Made by a program: the position numbers and the translations under genes. This document shows, piece by piece, positions 43,206 to 57,452 of a stretch of 64,000 bases of DNA (the first letter of the stretch is position 1; every line of letters starts with the position of its first letter). Origin of the DNA: Eledone cirrhosa (lineage: Eukaryota); contig OZ024743.1 in NCBI GenBank assembly GCA_964016885.1, positions 1 through 64,000 of the forward strand, read 5' to 3'. A model generated the notes under the pieces. That model searched no databases. It saw only the letters and a program-made list of their open reading frames with translations, and had not been told where the DNA came from.

Positions 43206-43548
43206 GGAGGCACATGGCTTAGTGGTTAGAGCATTGGCCTTGCAATCGAAAGGTTGCGAGTTCAATTCTCAGACCGGGTGATGTGTTGTTTCCTTGAGCA
43301 AGACACTTTATTTCACATTGATCCAGTTTACTCAGCTGTAGAAATGAGATGATAGGGACTGGGGTCCATATCATTCCACTGCAAAGTGGTCGTGGAGGTG
43401 CCACGGAAAAAAAGCACCCAGCACTCACTGTAAATGAGGTTGGCGTTAGGAAGGGCATCCAGCTGTAGAAATCAAGCCAGCATCAGTTCCCGTCCCACCC
43501 TTGCAAGCAGGGAAAAGCGGACGTAAAATGAAATGATGATGATGATGA
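43206..43548 (+). mobile_element. tRNA-CORE SINE
   Basis: Same family as 40735-41076. Confidence 0.92.
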
Positions 43549-43569
43549 TATACATATACATATGGATTT

Positions 43570-44148
43570 CAAATGTTGTGTTCTGGAGAGGAGATTGCGT
43601 TGGTATGGACATGTGATGTGTATGAAGGACGACAGCTGTATAAAAGAGTGCAGGGCAATGAAAATTGATGGAAGCTACGGAGTGGTTAGACCAAGAAAAA
43701 CCTAGGACGAGGTGATAAGAACTGACCTTGCTCACTTACACCTATCTAAGACAATGACACTGGATCGAGACCTTGGCACCATGCAGTTGTACAGAAAATT
43801 GACCCGACTGCCATTGTGTACAAATCTACAGTCAGTAGGCACCTTTTAACCCAATGTACACCAACACCCCCACACCCTACCCCATCCTCCCTGTCCCATT
43901 CCGTTCACCTTGTCGATGACAACAGTGCACACTGTAAGGTGGCCGTGTAGGAGACACGGTAAAAAGGCTCCCAGTTCACACTGTATATGTGGTTGGTGTT
44001 AGGAAGGGCATCCAGCTGTAAAAAACCTGCCAGAGGCACTTCTGTGCGAGCGAGACACGGTCTCCCGACCATTCCCGCATCAAATGGAACAAAACCATCT
44101 AACCCATGTTAGCGTGGCAGATGGATGTTAAATGATGATGATAATGAT
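43570..44148 (+). mobile_element. Older RTE 3' fragment
   Basis: [14 protein letters not shown], 3'UTR module, GAT tail. Confidence 0.85.
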
Positions 44149-44984
44149 ATATATATGTGTCACTAATACACTCCTCCTTTTCACTGCCCACCCCACAATT
44201 AACAATACTAACCTGCCATTCTCCCCTACTGTTGATATGCCATGACCCTCTGACCTCCTCTCCGCACACACAGACAGACAACTCGCCTCCTGCCTTGACC
44301 CTCTGACCCCTTCCTGTTGCGCGCGCACCCCACATCTCCCCTCTTCCGACCAACCCAACCACGGATTACACACATTGGACCTCGCTCCCACGAATCAACT
44401 CCATCACAAGGAAAATATCCGGCATCCCACCACACCCTCTACGGAACTATCTCACAAACTTACCCACGGACATACAAAAAAATGTTTTCCTGCACGCCAC
44501 CTACATCCACAATACATATAAACACCACACACACGTGCGTACGCCCACATATTTCCACACTCAGCCTCCGGATTCCTCTCCCCGCTCCCCACCTCTCTGC
44601 CCCCTCCCCACACGCACACACACACACCGACCTACACCCTACCCCACACACACTTTTTCCTGAACATGGAACCCCATTCTTCCCCTAACTCTCACATACA
44701 CACACACACGTACACCTACACACACAAACCACCTTCAACCCTCCCCGCTCGGACACTCCGCCTCCCTCTCCCCACTCCACCCGCCACCACCCCTACACGC
44801 CCCCACACCCTTCCACCACTTGTTTATCTTCATGTTTATTTTTATTTTTATTATTATTTTTTCATATTTTTTTTCATATTTATTTTCATTTGTACCACTT
44901 CTACCGTTTCCTCTCACCCCCTCTTTTCTAAATGTCTCTCCCCCACTCTCCTACACACCCTTGGAACTCTCTTCCCACACACTT

Positions 44985-45020
44985 TTCGCCTGAAGAATGG
45001 CTTATGCCCGAAACGTCGTT
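44985..45020 (+). ncRNA. Candidate minimal hammerhead ribozyme
   Basis: CTGAAGA-atGGC ttat GCCc-GAAA-CG-TC; stem I weak; follows a C/A-rich tract and precedes AATAAA. Confidence 0.5.
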
Positions 45021-46082
45021 CCCCACCACCACCCCACTCTCAAGAGCGTGAAACTAATAAACCTTTGTTCATACTGCCTCTCTGTTTTGTTCCCGTTCCA
45101 TTTTTCACTATATATATGTGTGTGTATCAAAAGTATGTATTGAGTTAGAAACTCAGAACAGTCCCTTACAATTAAAATAACTTGAGGAAAAAATTTTCTG
45201 AGCCCTGTAATATATATGTATATATATATATAGGTCACCAAATGCATACTGGAGCAATACACGGAGCTTGATGTTTAATCAGCTAGAAATAGCAGTCAGG
45301 TTAGTTAACTTACCTGGGATGTTTTTCTTCTTTGATTTTATATAATTAGTCTCAATAAACCTTCCTGGGTATACCCTTATTCCATTGATGTACTAACTTT
45401 TCAATCATCAGTTTTTGTTTTTGTGTTTTGCACGAAGGAAGCAACCAAGTAACCAACAAATATCTCTTTTATATTATGTATAGATATATAATTTCAAAAA
45501 GGCTGGATGACAAAGATTTTAGAATATACTTTCAAAATATGTCTCCTATGCACTTAAAAATCAGTGGACCAATCATATTCAAACTTGATATGTGAGTCCC
45601 TTAGACTCAGGAATAAGTTTTCTTCAGACATGGACCTATATTCATTTGTTTACATGTTTTTGTTTGTCTGTTTGTCAATCTTTGATCATAGTGGTCGTCA
45701 TGAGTTATCGTCTTCACTATGACGGAATGTGATGGAAAATAGAGAGAATGAAGAAGTGAGAATTTGAGAGAAAGTCAACACGTGAAATGCAACTTCATCA
45801 ATGGGAAACTTGTCTGGTGCTCTAGGAAAAGTTCTACATCAGAATGCCTCTTGCACATCACTGCCATAGTAGGAGAGGTCAACAATACATTATCAGTGTG
45901 AGAGTTAGGAAATGCAATAATACAGAAAAATCGACCTTCCCGCACGGGTTGAAGCATATATCTAGTATGCACCACTTAACCCCTATCCTCTGCACCGCCG
46001 TTCATACACCTTCCCCACACTAACACTTCATCCAAGTCCTAATCATTCCACTCTTCACCCAAACCTTTACACTCCCACCCCC

Positions 46083-46420
46083 ACTGTAAAATGGTCGTTT
46101 TGTTGCCATGACAAAAAGCGCCCAGTTCACACTGTAAAGTGGTCATGTTGGTATCATGACAAAAAGCACCCAGCCCACACTGTAAAGTGGTTATGTTAGT
46201 AACATGACAAAAAGCACCCAGTTCACACTGTAAAGTGGTCATGTTGGTATCACAACAAAAAGCGCCCAGTTCACACTGTAAAGTGGTCATGTTGGTATCA
46301 CAACAAACAGTAATCAGTTCACACTATAAATTGGTCATTACGGTCCCACAATAAAAGGCATCCAGTCCACACTGTAAAGTAGTCATGTAGGTGTCAGGAC
46401 AAAAGCACCCAGCTCAAACT
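46083..46420 (+). repeat. Seven tandem 48-bp UTR modules in an RTE 3'UTR
   Basis: actgtaaa recurs at 46083, 46131, 46179, 46227, 46275, 46323 (variant), 46371 and 46418. Confidence 0.92.
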
Positions 46421-46557
46421 GTAAATGTGGTTGGTGTTAGGAAGGGTATCCGATCATAGAAACCAAGCCAGAAACAGTTCTGTATAAGCAAGTATGGTCA
46501 CCCTTGCAAGCAGGGAAAAGTGGATGTAAAGTGATGATGATATATATTATATATGTG

Positions 46558-46596
<39 letters not shown>

Positions 46597-46687
46597 TACC
46601 CATGCTAGCGTGGAAAATGGACGTTAAACGATGATGATGATGATGATGATATATCATCATCATTTTACGTCCGATATATGTGTGTGT

Positions 46688-48540
46688 CATCATCATCATC
46701 ACCGTTTTACGTCCGTTCTTCCACGCTAGCATGGGTTAGATGGGTTGTCCTGTTGTGGCAGTGTCTGGTCGGCTGACCATGCCTTGCTCATACAGGAACT
46801 GATTTGGCTTGATTTCTACAGCTGGATGCCCTTCCTAACACCAACCTCATTTATAGTGAGTGCTGGGTGCTTTTTCGTGGCGCCTACACGTCCACTTTAC
46901 AGTGTGGGCTGGGTGCTTTTTTGCCGTGGCACCTCCACGACCACCTTGTGGTGGGGGCATATTGTCTATATGCTTCAGCTTGTACCCATGGGAGGTCGGG
47001 TACTCTGTATTACTGCGTGACGCCAGAAATCACGGTCGTGTGTCATTGCCTTTGGGAGGTGTAATTGGGTAAGGTCGGCTTTTATCACCTCATCCCAGGT
47101 CATCTTGGGTCTCCCCACTCCGCGGTTTCCATCAACTTCTAGTGCTCTGCACCTTTTTATGCAGCTGTCATCCTTCATACGCATCACATGTCCATACCAG
47201 CGCAACCGCCTCTCCTGCACACAGCATTTGATTCCTCTTATGCTCAGTCTCTCTCTCAATTCATTTATGCTTTGTCGTTCACGTATATTACTGTTACACA
47301 TCCATCGGAGCATGCAGGCTTCATTTCTCTCTAATCTACGTAAGTCTTCCACCTTCAGCGCCCAGGTCTCACTACCATGCAACATTGCTGTTCGGATACA
47401 CGCATCATACAGTCTGCCTTTCATTCTGAGGGTAAAGCCTTTTGCAGCTAGCAGTGGTAATAGTTCCCTAAACTTCTTCCATCCCTTTCTTACCCTAGTT
47501 ATTGTACTTTCTGAACACCCACCTCCGCTGCTAATTCGGTCACCTAGGTAGCAGAAGCTGTCTACTGTTTCTACAGAGCCCTCCCAGAGATTGGTGGTAC
47601 TTGTTTCCTGTGGCTGTTTGCTGCTTGCTGTCTCAGCACAGCTGCTGCATGTGAAGCCTACATTCTTAATTAAGCTTCCTGAGATCCCGCTACATCTCTT
47701 GTGTACCCATTGTTTGCATTTGGGGCAGAGAATGGAGTTCCTACCTACACCTTTCCTACATACTGAGCAAGGCCATTTCCCTGAGGGGATCTGGGTTCTG
47801 TTTTCTCGTCTACTTACAAGAACCTTAGTCTTTGTCATGTTGACTTTGAGACCCTTTCTTTCTAATCCCTGCTTCCAAGTTTGGAATTTATTCTCTAGTT
47901 CTACCATAGATTCAGCTATGAGTGTGAGGTCATCAGCGTACAGGAGTTCCCATGGGCATCCGGTCTTAAACTCCTCCGTTATTGCCTGCAGGACTATGAT
48001 GAACAGGAGAGGGCTAAGAACAGAGCCCTGGTGGACCCCAACCTGTACGCTAAATTCCTTGCTATACTCATTGCTAATCCTAACTTTGCTGACTGCTCCC
48101 CTATACATGGCTTGTACCGCTTTTACAAGCCATTCATCTACTCCTAGTTTTCTAAGAGCCCACCAGATTACAGCACGTGGAACTCTGTCAAAGGCTTTCT
48201 CAAGGTCGACAAATACCAAGTAGAGTGGCTTACTTTTAGCTAGGTACTTTTCCTGTAATTGCCTCACAAGGAAGAGGGCATCAGTGGTGCCTCTTCCTGG
48301 TACAAACCCAAATTGCATCTCGTCTATTTTCACCCGGTCCCTAATCAACTGTGCTATAACTCTTTCTGTTACTTTCATGACCTGGTCCATCAACTTTATA
48401 CCTCTATAGTTTCCTCTATCTAGTGCATCGCCTTTACCTTTGTAGCAGTTGACAATGATGCTACTGCACCAATCTTTTGGTATGGCACCTTCTAGTATTA
48501 CCTGGTTAACAATACGTGTGGTTATAGTGTGACCTACAGT
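46688..48540 (-). mobile_element. RTE LINE subfamily C, 5'-truncated, open RT-PHD frame
   Basis: True coding part 46975-48540 (VGHTITTRIV...STRPPMGTS), 3'UTR, tail. Confidence 0.95.
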
Positions 48541-48553
48541 GTGTATATATATA

Positions 48554-48586
<33 letters not shown>

Positions 48587-48611
48587 ATATATGTGTGTGT
48601 GTGTATATATA

Positions 48612-48642
<31 letters not shown>

Positions 48643-48717
48643 GTATATATATATGTGTGTATATATATGTGTGTATATATATATGTGTATATATATATGT
48701 ATATATGTATATATATA

Positions 48718-50255
48718 TAGTAAACCCCTATACTTAACTTTTGTTGACTTGGAGAAAGCCTTCGACAGAGTCCCCCGTTCCATTATCTGGTAGGCTCTTA
48801 GAAAACTAGGTGTTGACGAATGGCTTGTGAGAGCTATACAAGCCATGTATAAAGAAACAGTCAGTAAGGTTAGAATTAACAACGAATATAGTGAAGAGTT
48901 TAGCGTAAAAGTTGGTGTTCATCAGGGCTACTATTTATTATTGCCCTACAGGCTATAACAGTGGATTTCAAGACCGGCTGCCCATGGGAACTCTTATACG
49001 CAGATGATCTAACGCTCCTAGCTGAATCAATGGCCGAGCTAGAGAAGAAATTCCAAACATGGAAGCACGGCCTAGAATTAAAAGGCCTTAAAATTAACCT
49101 GGCTAAGACTAAAGTTCTAGTTTGTAGGAAAGAAAATAAGGCATCGGTCCCTTCCGGGAAATGGCCATACTCAGTGTGTAGGAAAGGCGTAGGTAGAAAC
49201 TCCATTTTATGTCCCAAATGCAAAGTATGGGTACATAAAAGATGTAGTGGGATCACAGGTAAGCTAACTAAGAACATAGATTTTACATGTGGCCGGTGCT
49301 CTGGTGCAATAAGTAGCAGCAAGTGCCCACAAAATACTAGCTCTTTCAATTGCGCAGAGGGTTCTATAGAAATAGTGGACAGCTTCGGTTACCTGGGTGA
49401 CAAAATCAGCAGTAGGGGAGGGTGCTCTGAAAGTACAGTAGCTAGAGTCAGAACTGGATGGAAAAAGTTCAGAGAGCTTATACCACTATTAGCCGCTAAA
49501 GGGTTCTCCCTAAAAAATGAAAGGGAGGTTGTATGATGCCTGCATACGAACAGCAATGTTGCATGGCAGTGAGACCTGGGCATTGTGTGCAGAGGATATA
49601 CGCAGACTAGAGAGGAACGAAGCTTACATGCTCCGCTGGATGTGTAATAGTAATATACGTGAACGGCAAAGCATAAATGAACTAAGGAAAAAATTAGAAA
49701 TACGAGGCATCAGATGTTGTTTACTCGAGAGAAGGCTACGTTAGTATGGTCACGTGATGCGCATGAAAGACGACAGCTGTATAAAAAAGTGCAGGGCAAT
49801 AAAGATAGATGGTAGCCACGGAGTAGGCAGACCCAGAAAAACCTGGGATGACCTGATAAATTCCGACCTCACACACTTACACCTCTCCAAGACAATGTCA
49901 CTGGACCGAGACCTTTGGCGGTACTCTGTAATAGAGAAGACCCGCCTTACCTAAATACAAAGTAAAACCTACTCCAGTCGGTAGGCATCTCTAACAAAAT
50001 ACACCCCCGTCCCACCACCCCCACAAAAAAACACACAGTCCACGCTGTAATGTGGCCGTGTAGGCAACACGGTAAAAACCTCCCAGTCCCACACTGTAAA
50101 TGTGGTTGGTGTTAGGAAGGGCATCCAGCTGTAGAAAACCCGCCAGACAGTCCTATGCGGATAAGACAACCACTCTTGCCTCAAGTGGGAAAACTCCCGT
50201 CCAAACCCATGCAAGCGTGGAACATGGACGTTAAACGATGATGATGATGATGATA
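48718..50255 (+). mobile_element. RTE LINE subfamily A, 5'-truncated, with stops and frameshifts
   Basis: [16 protein letters not shown]...YADD...PHD...KTRLT, 3'UTR, tail. Confidence 0.95.
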
Positions 50256-50273
50256 TGTATATATATATATGTA

Positions 50274-50315
<42 letters not shown>

Positions 50316-50411
50316 AAAAAAGTATTCTGTCTCTTATATATTCCATGTGCCATTACCAACCTCAATTTTCTCTATAACCTTTGTTTTGTGTAGTAAATTA
50401 CACTTTTCATA

Positions 50412-51330
<919 letters not shown>

Positions 51331-51334
<4 letters not shown>

Positions 51335-51619
51335 AATATGCCCCCCCCCCCCACCGCAAGGTGGTCGTGGAGGTGCCACGGCAAAAAAGCACCCAGCCCA
51401 CACTGTAAAGTGGACGTGTAGGCGCCACGAAAAAGCACCCAGCACTCACTGTAAATGAGGTTGGTGTTAGGAAGGGCATCCAGCTGTAGAAATCAAGCCA
51501 GATCAGTTCCTGTATGAGCAAGGCATGGTCAGCCGACCAGACACTGCCAACAACAGGACAACCCGTCTAACCCATGCTAGCGTGGAAGAACGGACGTTAA
51601 ACGGTGATGATGATGATGA

Positions 51620-51620
<1 letters not shown>
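51331..51620 (+). mobile_element. RTE subfamily C 3'UTR
   Basis: Reverse complement of 46690-46965. Confidence 0.9.
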
Positions 51621-52216
<596 letters not shown>

Positions 52217-53940
52217 ATAAACTTCTTCCAACTCGTCCCTATTCTAGATACTATGACCTCGGAAGACCCCCCCCCCCCCCATGCTAATCTGATCACCTAG
52301 GTACCAGAAGCTATCAACCACTTCTATAGAACCTACCTGTATTTAAAAAAAATGTGTCTATCAATGCGACTTCTACTGTCAAATTTCCCTGTACATCTAC
52401 TGCATACGTAATTTTTCCTACCTGTTAGTTTGCCTGCTTTCCCACTACATCTCTTGTGTACCCAAGATCTGCAATGTGTACATTTTATAGAATTTATGCC
52501 AGTTCCTTTTATGCATATCGAACATGGCCATTTCCCTGACGGAATCAGAGTTTTGTCCTCTTTTCTACTCATCAACACTTTTGTCTTAGCTAGGTTCACT
52601 CTCAGTCCTCTTAATTCCAACTGCTGTTTCCATAGCCAGAATTTATTCTCTAGCTTCTCTACTGAATCTGCTATAAGAACCAGATTGTTAGCTTAGAGCA
52701 GTTCACATGGACAGCCAGTCTTAAACTCCTCTGTTATGGCTTGGAGGACTATAATTAACAAGTGCAGGCTGAGGACCGACCCTGATGTACTCCTACTTGT
52801 ATCTGGAATTCCTCACTAAACTCCATTCCTACCCTGACCTTACTGACAGCACCTCTGTACAAAGCTTGCACTGTCCTCACAAGCCATTCCTCAACACCTA
52901 GTTTCCTTAGGGACCACCAGATGACAGATCGGAGTACCCTATCAAAGGCCTTCTCTAGGTCAACCAAAGCCAAGTATAGTGGCTTATTCTTCTCTAAGAA
53001 CCTCTCTTGTAGTTGTCTCACTAAGAAGAGGGCATCTGTTTTACTTTTCCCAGGCACAAAACCAAACTGCATCTCATCTAGTTTGACCCTTTCTCTAATT
53101 AGTTGCGGTAATATCCTTTCTGCCACTTTCATAACCTGATCCATCAGTTTTATGCCCCTATAATTGCTCCTCTCCAGAGCATCCCCTTTACCTTTGTAGC
53201 AATTTATGAGAATACTGATGCACCAGTCTTTGGGTGTGACATCGCCATATATAGCCTGATTGATGATGCGTGCAACCAGTTTAGTGCCTATGTCCCTTGA
53301 TACCTTCAGCATCTCAGCAACTATCTCCAACGGTCCAGCGGCCTTACCATTTTTCATTTCCTTAATCGCCTCTTGGACCCTATATTCGTCAATCTCAATA
53401 GCTGGTCCCTCTGTTGGATCTACTGGGGGTAATTTCTCTCTCTCTCATTCGTTCTCCACATTCATCAGTCTCTGATAATGACATTTCCAGGACTACTTTT
53501 TCTTATCATTTGTGACACTAAGTACACCGACATCATTCCGGACACACTTATCTCCCCAAAAAACCTGCCTTGCAATGCGAAACACCGCACATCTCTCATC
53601 TTCCCGTCTCAGAACATTGGTAAACCTCCTACTCTCAGCCTCCCTGCATGCTAAGGACACCTGATGTCTAGCTTCTCTCTTAGTGGCTGTGTATCCTTCT
53701 CTACTCCAAGCGTTTATTCCTGGGTTTGGGGTGTCTGAGTTTCCAAGCGTTCCATGCTAGTCTTTTGTCTCTAATGGCCCTAACTACCGTGCTGTTCCAC
53801 CACCATGTCACTCCCTGTCTGGCTGGAGCAGAGCTCCAGCCACAAGTTTCTTCAGTAGCCTGGAGTAAGTTGTCACGTAAGGAATTCCAGTTATCATTTT
53901 CTTTTTTGTCATACACATCTTGAAGGGCTTTCCTAAGTTT
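52217..53940 (-). mobile_element. RTE LINE subfamily B internal fragment, degenerate
   Basis: ORF pieces 53701-53916, 52755-53357 and 52333-52620 align with the 59335-62600 element. Confidence 0.93.
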
Positions 53941-53960
53941 ATATGTGTATATATGTACAT

Positions 53961-53991
<31 letters not shown>

Positions 53992-53992
53992 T

Positions 53993-55205
53993 ATAAAATA
54001 ACAGGAGGCTGGACTGGTGTAAATCCTTGAAAGGTTTATTATTTCAATGACCGGGTTCAGTGTGAATCCGGTGACATCATCAGGTATTCAAAATATAACA
54101 AAGGAATATAACAGATAAAATCCATGGGGCTGAAAATCAGAGACAAGAGTGAGACCGACTATTTAGCAGCTTCTACCTCTGTCGGCCGCTCTCAAGTGTT
54201 GATTATTAAGTCTACTTATGACCATCTGGTGAGGGGGTGCAAGCTTATAATGTGCTACTATCACCCCGTCAAAGGGAAATGTCAGCGTTGAGGTCATGCC
54301 TCAATCAGGCTGATCATGCGTGCTCGAAATTGCTGCAAAAAATGTTTTTTCCAAAGAACAAATATCTTCAACAAAGACATATATAGAAAGTAAAAAAAGA
54401 GAGAGAGTGTGTGTGAATGAAATAGAGAGAGAGGGACTGACAGAGAGAGTGAGAAAGAAAGAGTGTGTGTAAGTGATAGAGAGAGAAAGTGACAATTTAC
54501 AGAAGGAGGCTTTTATGAAAAGGTTTAAGTGTAATATAGATAGTCACGATAAATTATCAGGGTAAGATATAGAGTAAAGATTAAGCCCTTGCTTAGCGGT
54601 CAATAACCAGCGACGACTGCTGACCCCCCGCCAGCCCCCCTCCGCCTTCCTACGTGTCAGCCATTCCGAGTAATATCGTCTAGCGAATGAAATAGAAATT
54701 AATTTTTCCAAGCACTCCTGGAATGTAACTGTCTTAGGCATCGGGTGTGCTAGGAGGAAGTCCCCCACCACCGACTGGCCATCGTATATACCAAACGGTC
54801 ACTAGTAAATCACACATGGGTTTAGTTAAGTGCAAGTAGGAGGAGGCATGATACAGCTAATAGTTATGATTAAGCCTAGAAATTAAAGGTACTATTTGGC
54901 AGTCAATGCCGGCGGCGCGGCGAGTCCCAAGCCCGACAGGGCCCCAGGCCGAAGCAGCCGTTCCGAGTAATTTCATTTACCGAAAGAAGGGGAAATGATC
55001 ATAGTATAATAAACCTTTCAAGGATTTACACCAGTCCAGCCTCTTGTTATTTTATAATAATTAACTCTGTACTCGCACCACCAACTACACAATCGAAGAC
55101 GGGTGAGTTGCATTACGTTGAGTTCTCTCCATAGTATTACATCGAGGTTGACCATACGGAATGACCAGTTCTATCTAGTGGTGAACCAACAAACCTAAAT
55201 AAATA
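53993..55205. mobile_element. PLE-like element with inverted ~50-bp pLTR ends and hammerhead core
   Basis: 53993-54042 is inverted at 55007-55056; CTGATGA..GAAA on the minus strand at 54083-54042. Confidence 0.6.
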
Positions 55206-56514
55206 ATGCTCCAGAAATGTTGAGCGCTTTCGGATATAATAATGAACAGCGGTACTGACTCCAGTGTACAGCTCTTGTCAGCATGGGACTAACTAATCTA
55301 CACACCATTCGGATTTTGGCTGCTTTGAGATTTGTCTACCGCCCACCTGGTCCACTTCTGTTTCCATGTCGGGAATATTCAGACTCCGACAGACCTCATA
55401 GATTTCTCAAAAAAATTCTATGTATTCTAATATAACGTGTATTGTATTGACTGAATTCTCTATCCTATACTTCAGGGCCTTTGGGATCCACATTGAATAT
55501 TAAGACTCGAACATATACAACGTATCACCTGATACCAATCCATCTCTTCCATCCTCTATATCTATATGTGTAACCTTGTATTATCCAACTGCCCCTTGAT
55601 CTATCTTGTATTTCCCCTGTGTTTTGATTTCTTCGATATGTTCTTATATACTTCCGTTTTACTCCATGCATCACCACCTTAGTTATGACTGCATTTTATT
55701 TATGTATTTTGCTTATTATTCCTTTGATTTATGTATTTACTAACTCGCTCTACTCTCATTATATACTTATCATTGTGCTCATTAGCACACGACCCTAGAA
55801 TATTACTCTCTGTACCCTTATATCTGTTTATCTTTATTCACTCCCCCTACCCACACAAGAACCACACTACATATAACCCGGACTAAATGGGGACTAAATA
55901 TAGTCTATTTGCGCATTTCATCGCGCTTTACCACTTTCAACCTCACATCACAGGTGTGAATAAATAATAATCATTTGATAACATGCGATGATCCGACGGA
56001 TGTGGCGGCTTTCTCGACTGCTCGCCAGGCGCTCGGGCAGTTCAGCCTTCCTTGAGTGCTTAGAAAAATTAATTTCCCCTTTCGGTAAACAAAATTACTC
56101 GGAACGGCTGCTTCGGCTCGGTGCCCTGTTGGGCTTGGGACTCGCTGATGGCCAGCCGGTGGTGGGGGACTTCCCCCTAGCACACCCGACGCCTAAGACA
56201 GTTACATTCCCGGAGTGCTCGGAATGACCAGTTCTATCCAGTAGTGAACCAACAAACCTGAATAAATAAATATATATATATGTATATATATAAAGGATAA
56301 CAAAATATTGTTATAGGTAATCCAATTAGAGGTTGTGAATACTTCTTATCATGGATAGTTTTAGCGTACATCGTTGCTTAACTCAACAAGAGGTTTACGT
56401 AGGTGGCGAGTTTATGATTTAACTTGTATTCCTATGTAAGTTTATCTTGGAGTAATAAAATTGAAAAAGTGGAGAATAACATGGTCAACAGTACAAAAAA
56501 GGGGATTTATTTGC

Positions 56515-56622
56515 AGTTTAACAATTGTTTCACTGATAGAGTTGTCTAAAAATTGCTGAATACTAAAAACAGTGCCACTCAATTTTAAATACGCTGTTAA
56601 CTCCATTAGATCATCGGAAACT
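56515..56622 (-). ncRNA. Type I hammerhead with long stem II in the PLE 3' pLTR
   Basis: AGTTT-CCGATGA-tCTAATGGAGTT...AACTCTATCAGt-GAAA-CAATTG-TT-AAACT followed by aataaa; the core has a U4C change. Confidence 0.65.
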
Positions 56623-57452
56623 CTTAAAAAAATATATATGTAACCGGCACTTTTACATATTCGAATTACATCATCAATAATAATATTAATAATAAAGATA
56701 TAGAGATAAAAGGAGGAAGAAAGGGAGATAGATACAGTAAAGAAAGAAAGGAAAGGAAGGGGAAAGAAGGAAAAAGAGAAAGAAGAAAAGGAGAAATTAT
56801 TATAGATAAAAATATAAAGAGAGGAAGATATATAGAAGATGATGGTAGATAGAGGAGAGACAGACATAAGTAAGAATAACGTAGGATAGAAAGAATAATA
56901 GAGGGACAAATAGATGAATAAAAAATATATGAAAAAATATATAAAAAACTATATCAAAAATTGATAAATCAATAAATAAATAAGTTATATGTAATGTGAT
57001 ATAAAATGGTATAAAATGTGAAAATTGAAGAATAAAAATAAATATGTAAAAGGAGTAAAAAGCGTAATGTGCGAAGAATATTTAAACATTAAAATTACTG
57101 AGAATGGTTTTTGAGAATTGTTGAAATATATGAAGAGATAATGAGGTGAAAATATGATAATGTTAAATATGTATGTGTGTATTAGTTATTTTAATAAATA
57201 AATAAATTAATTAGTTTTAAGTTATATTATATGATAAAATAAAATGACAGAGATGAAATAAATTTAGGGAGAGAAATATAAAGATAAAGATTGAAAAATA
57301 GAGATATATAAAATAAGAATGTAAATATAAGAGGTTTTGATGTTGTTCTTTGATAGATGATGACAATTATAATTATAATTATAATGTTGATAATGTGATA
57401 TTATAATAGATCCAAGTGGTACAATCTGGGTTATGGAATAGATAAGATGGAA

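Noticed and set aside
46083-46420. 48-bp repeats as a CRISPR-like array
   Set aside because: The variable parts are homologous stem variants of one unit, not unrelated spacers.
46975-48882. 635-aa ORF as a single protein
   Set aside because: Chimeric read-through of an antisense RTE, a microsatellite and a truncated RTE; only 46975-48540 is real LINE coding sequence.
54900-54960. GTCCCAAGCCC twister ribozyme-like motif (also ~56130, minus strand)
   Set aside because: No correctly placed GAGGG pseudoknot partner or P2/P1 closure could be built.
55210-55560. Possible degraded PLE endonuclease coding sequence
   Set aside because: No convincing GIY-YIG motif in the frames I read by eye.
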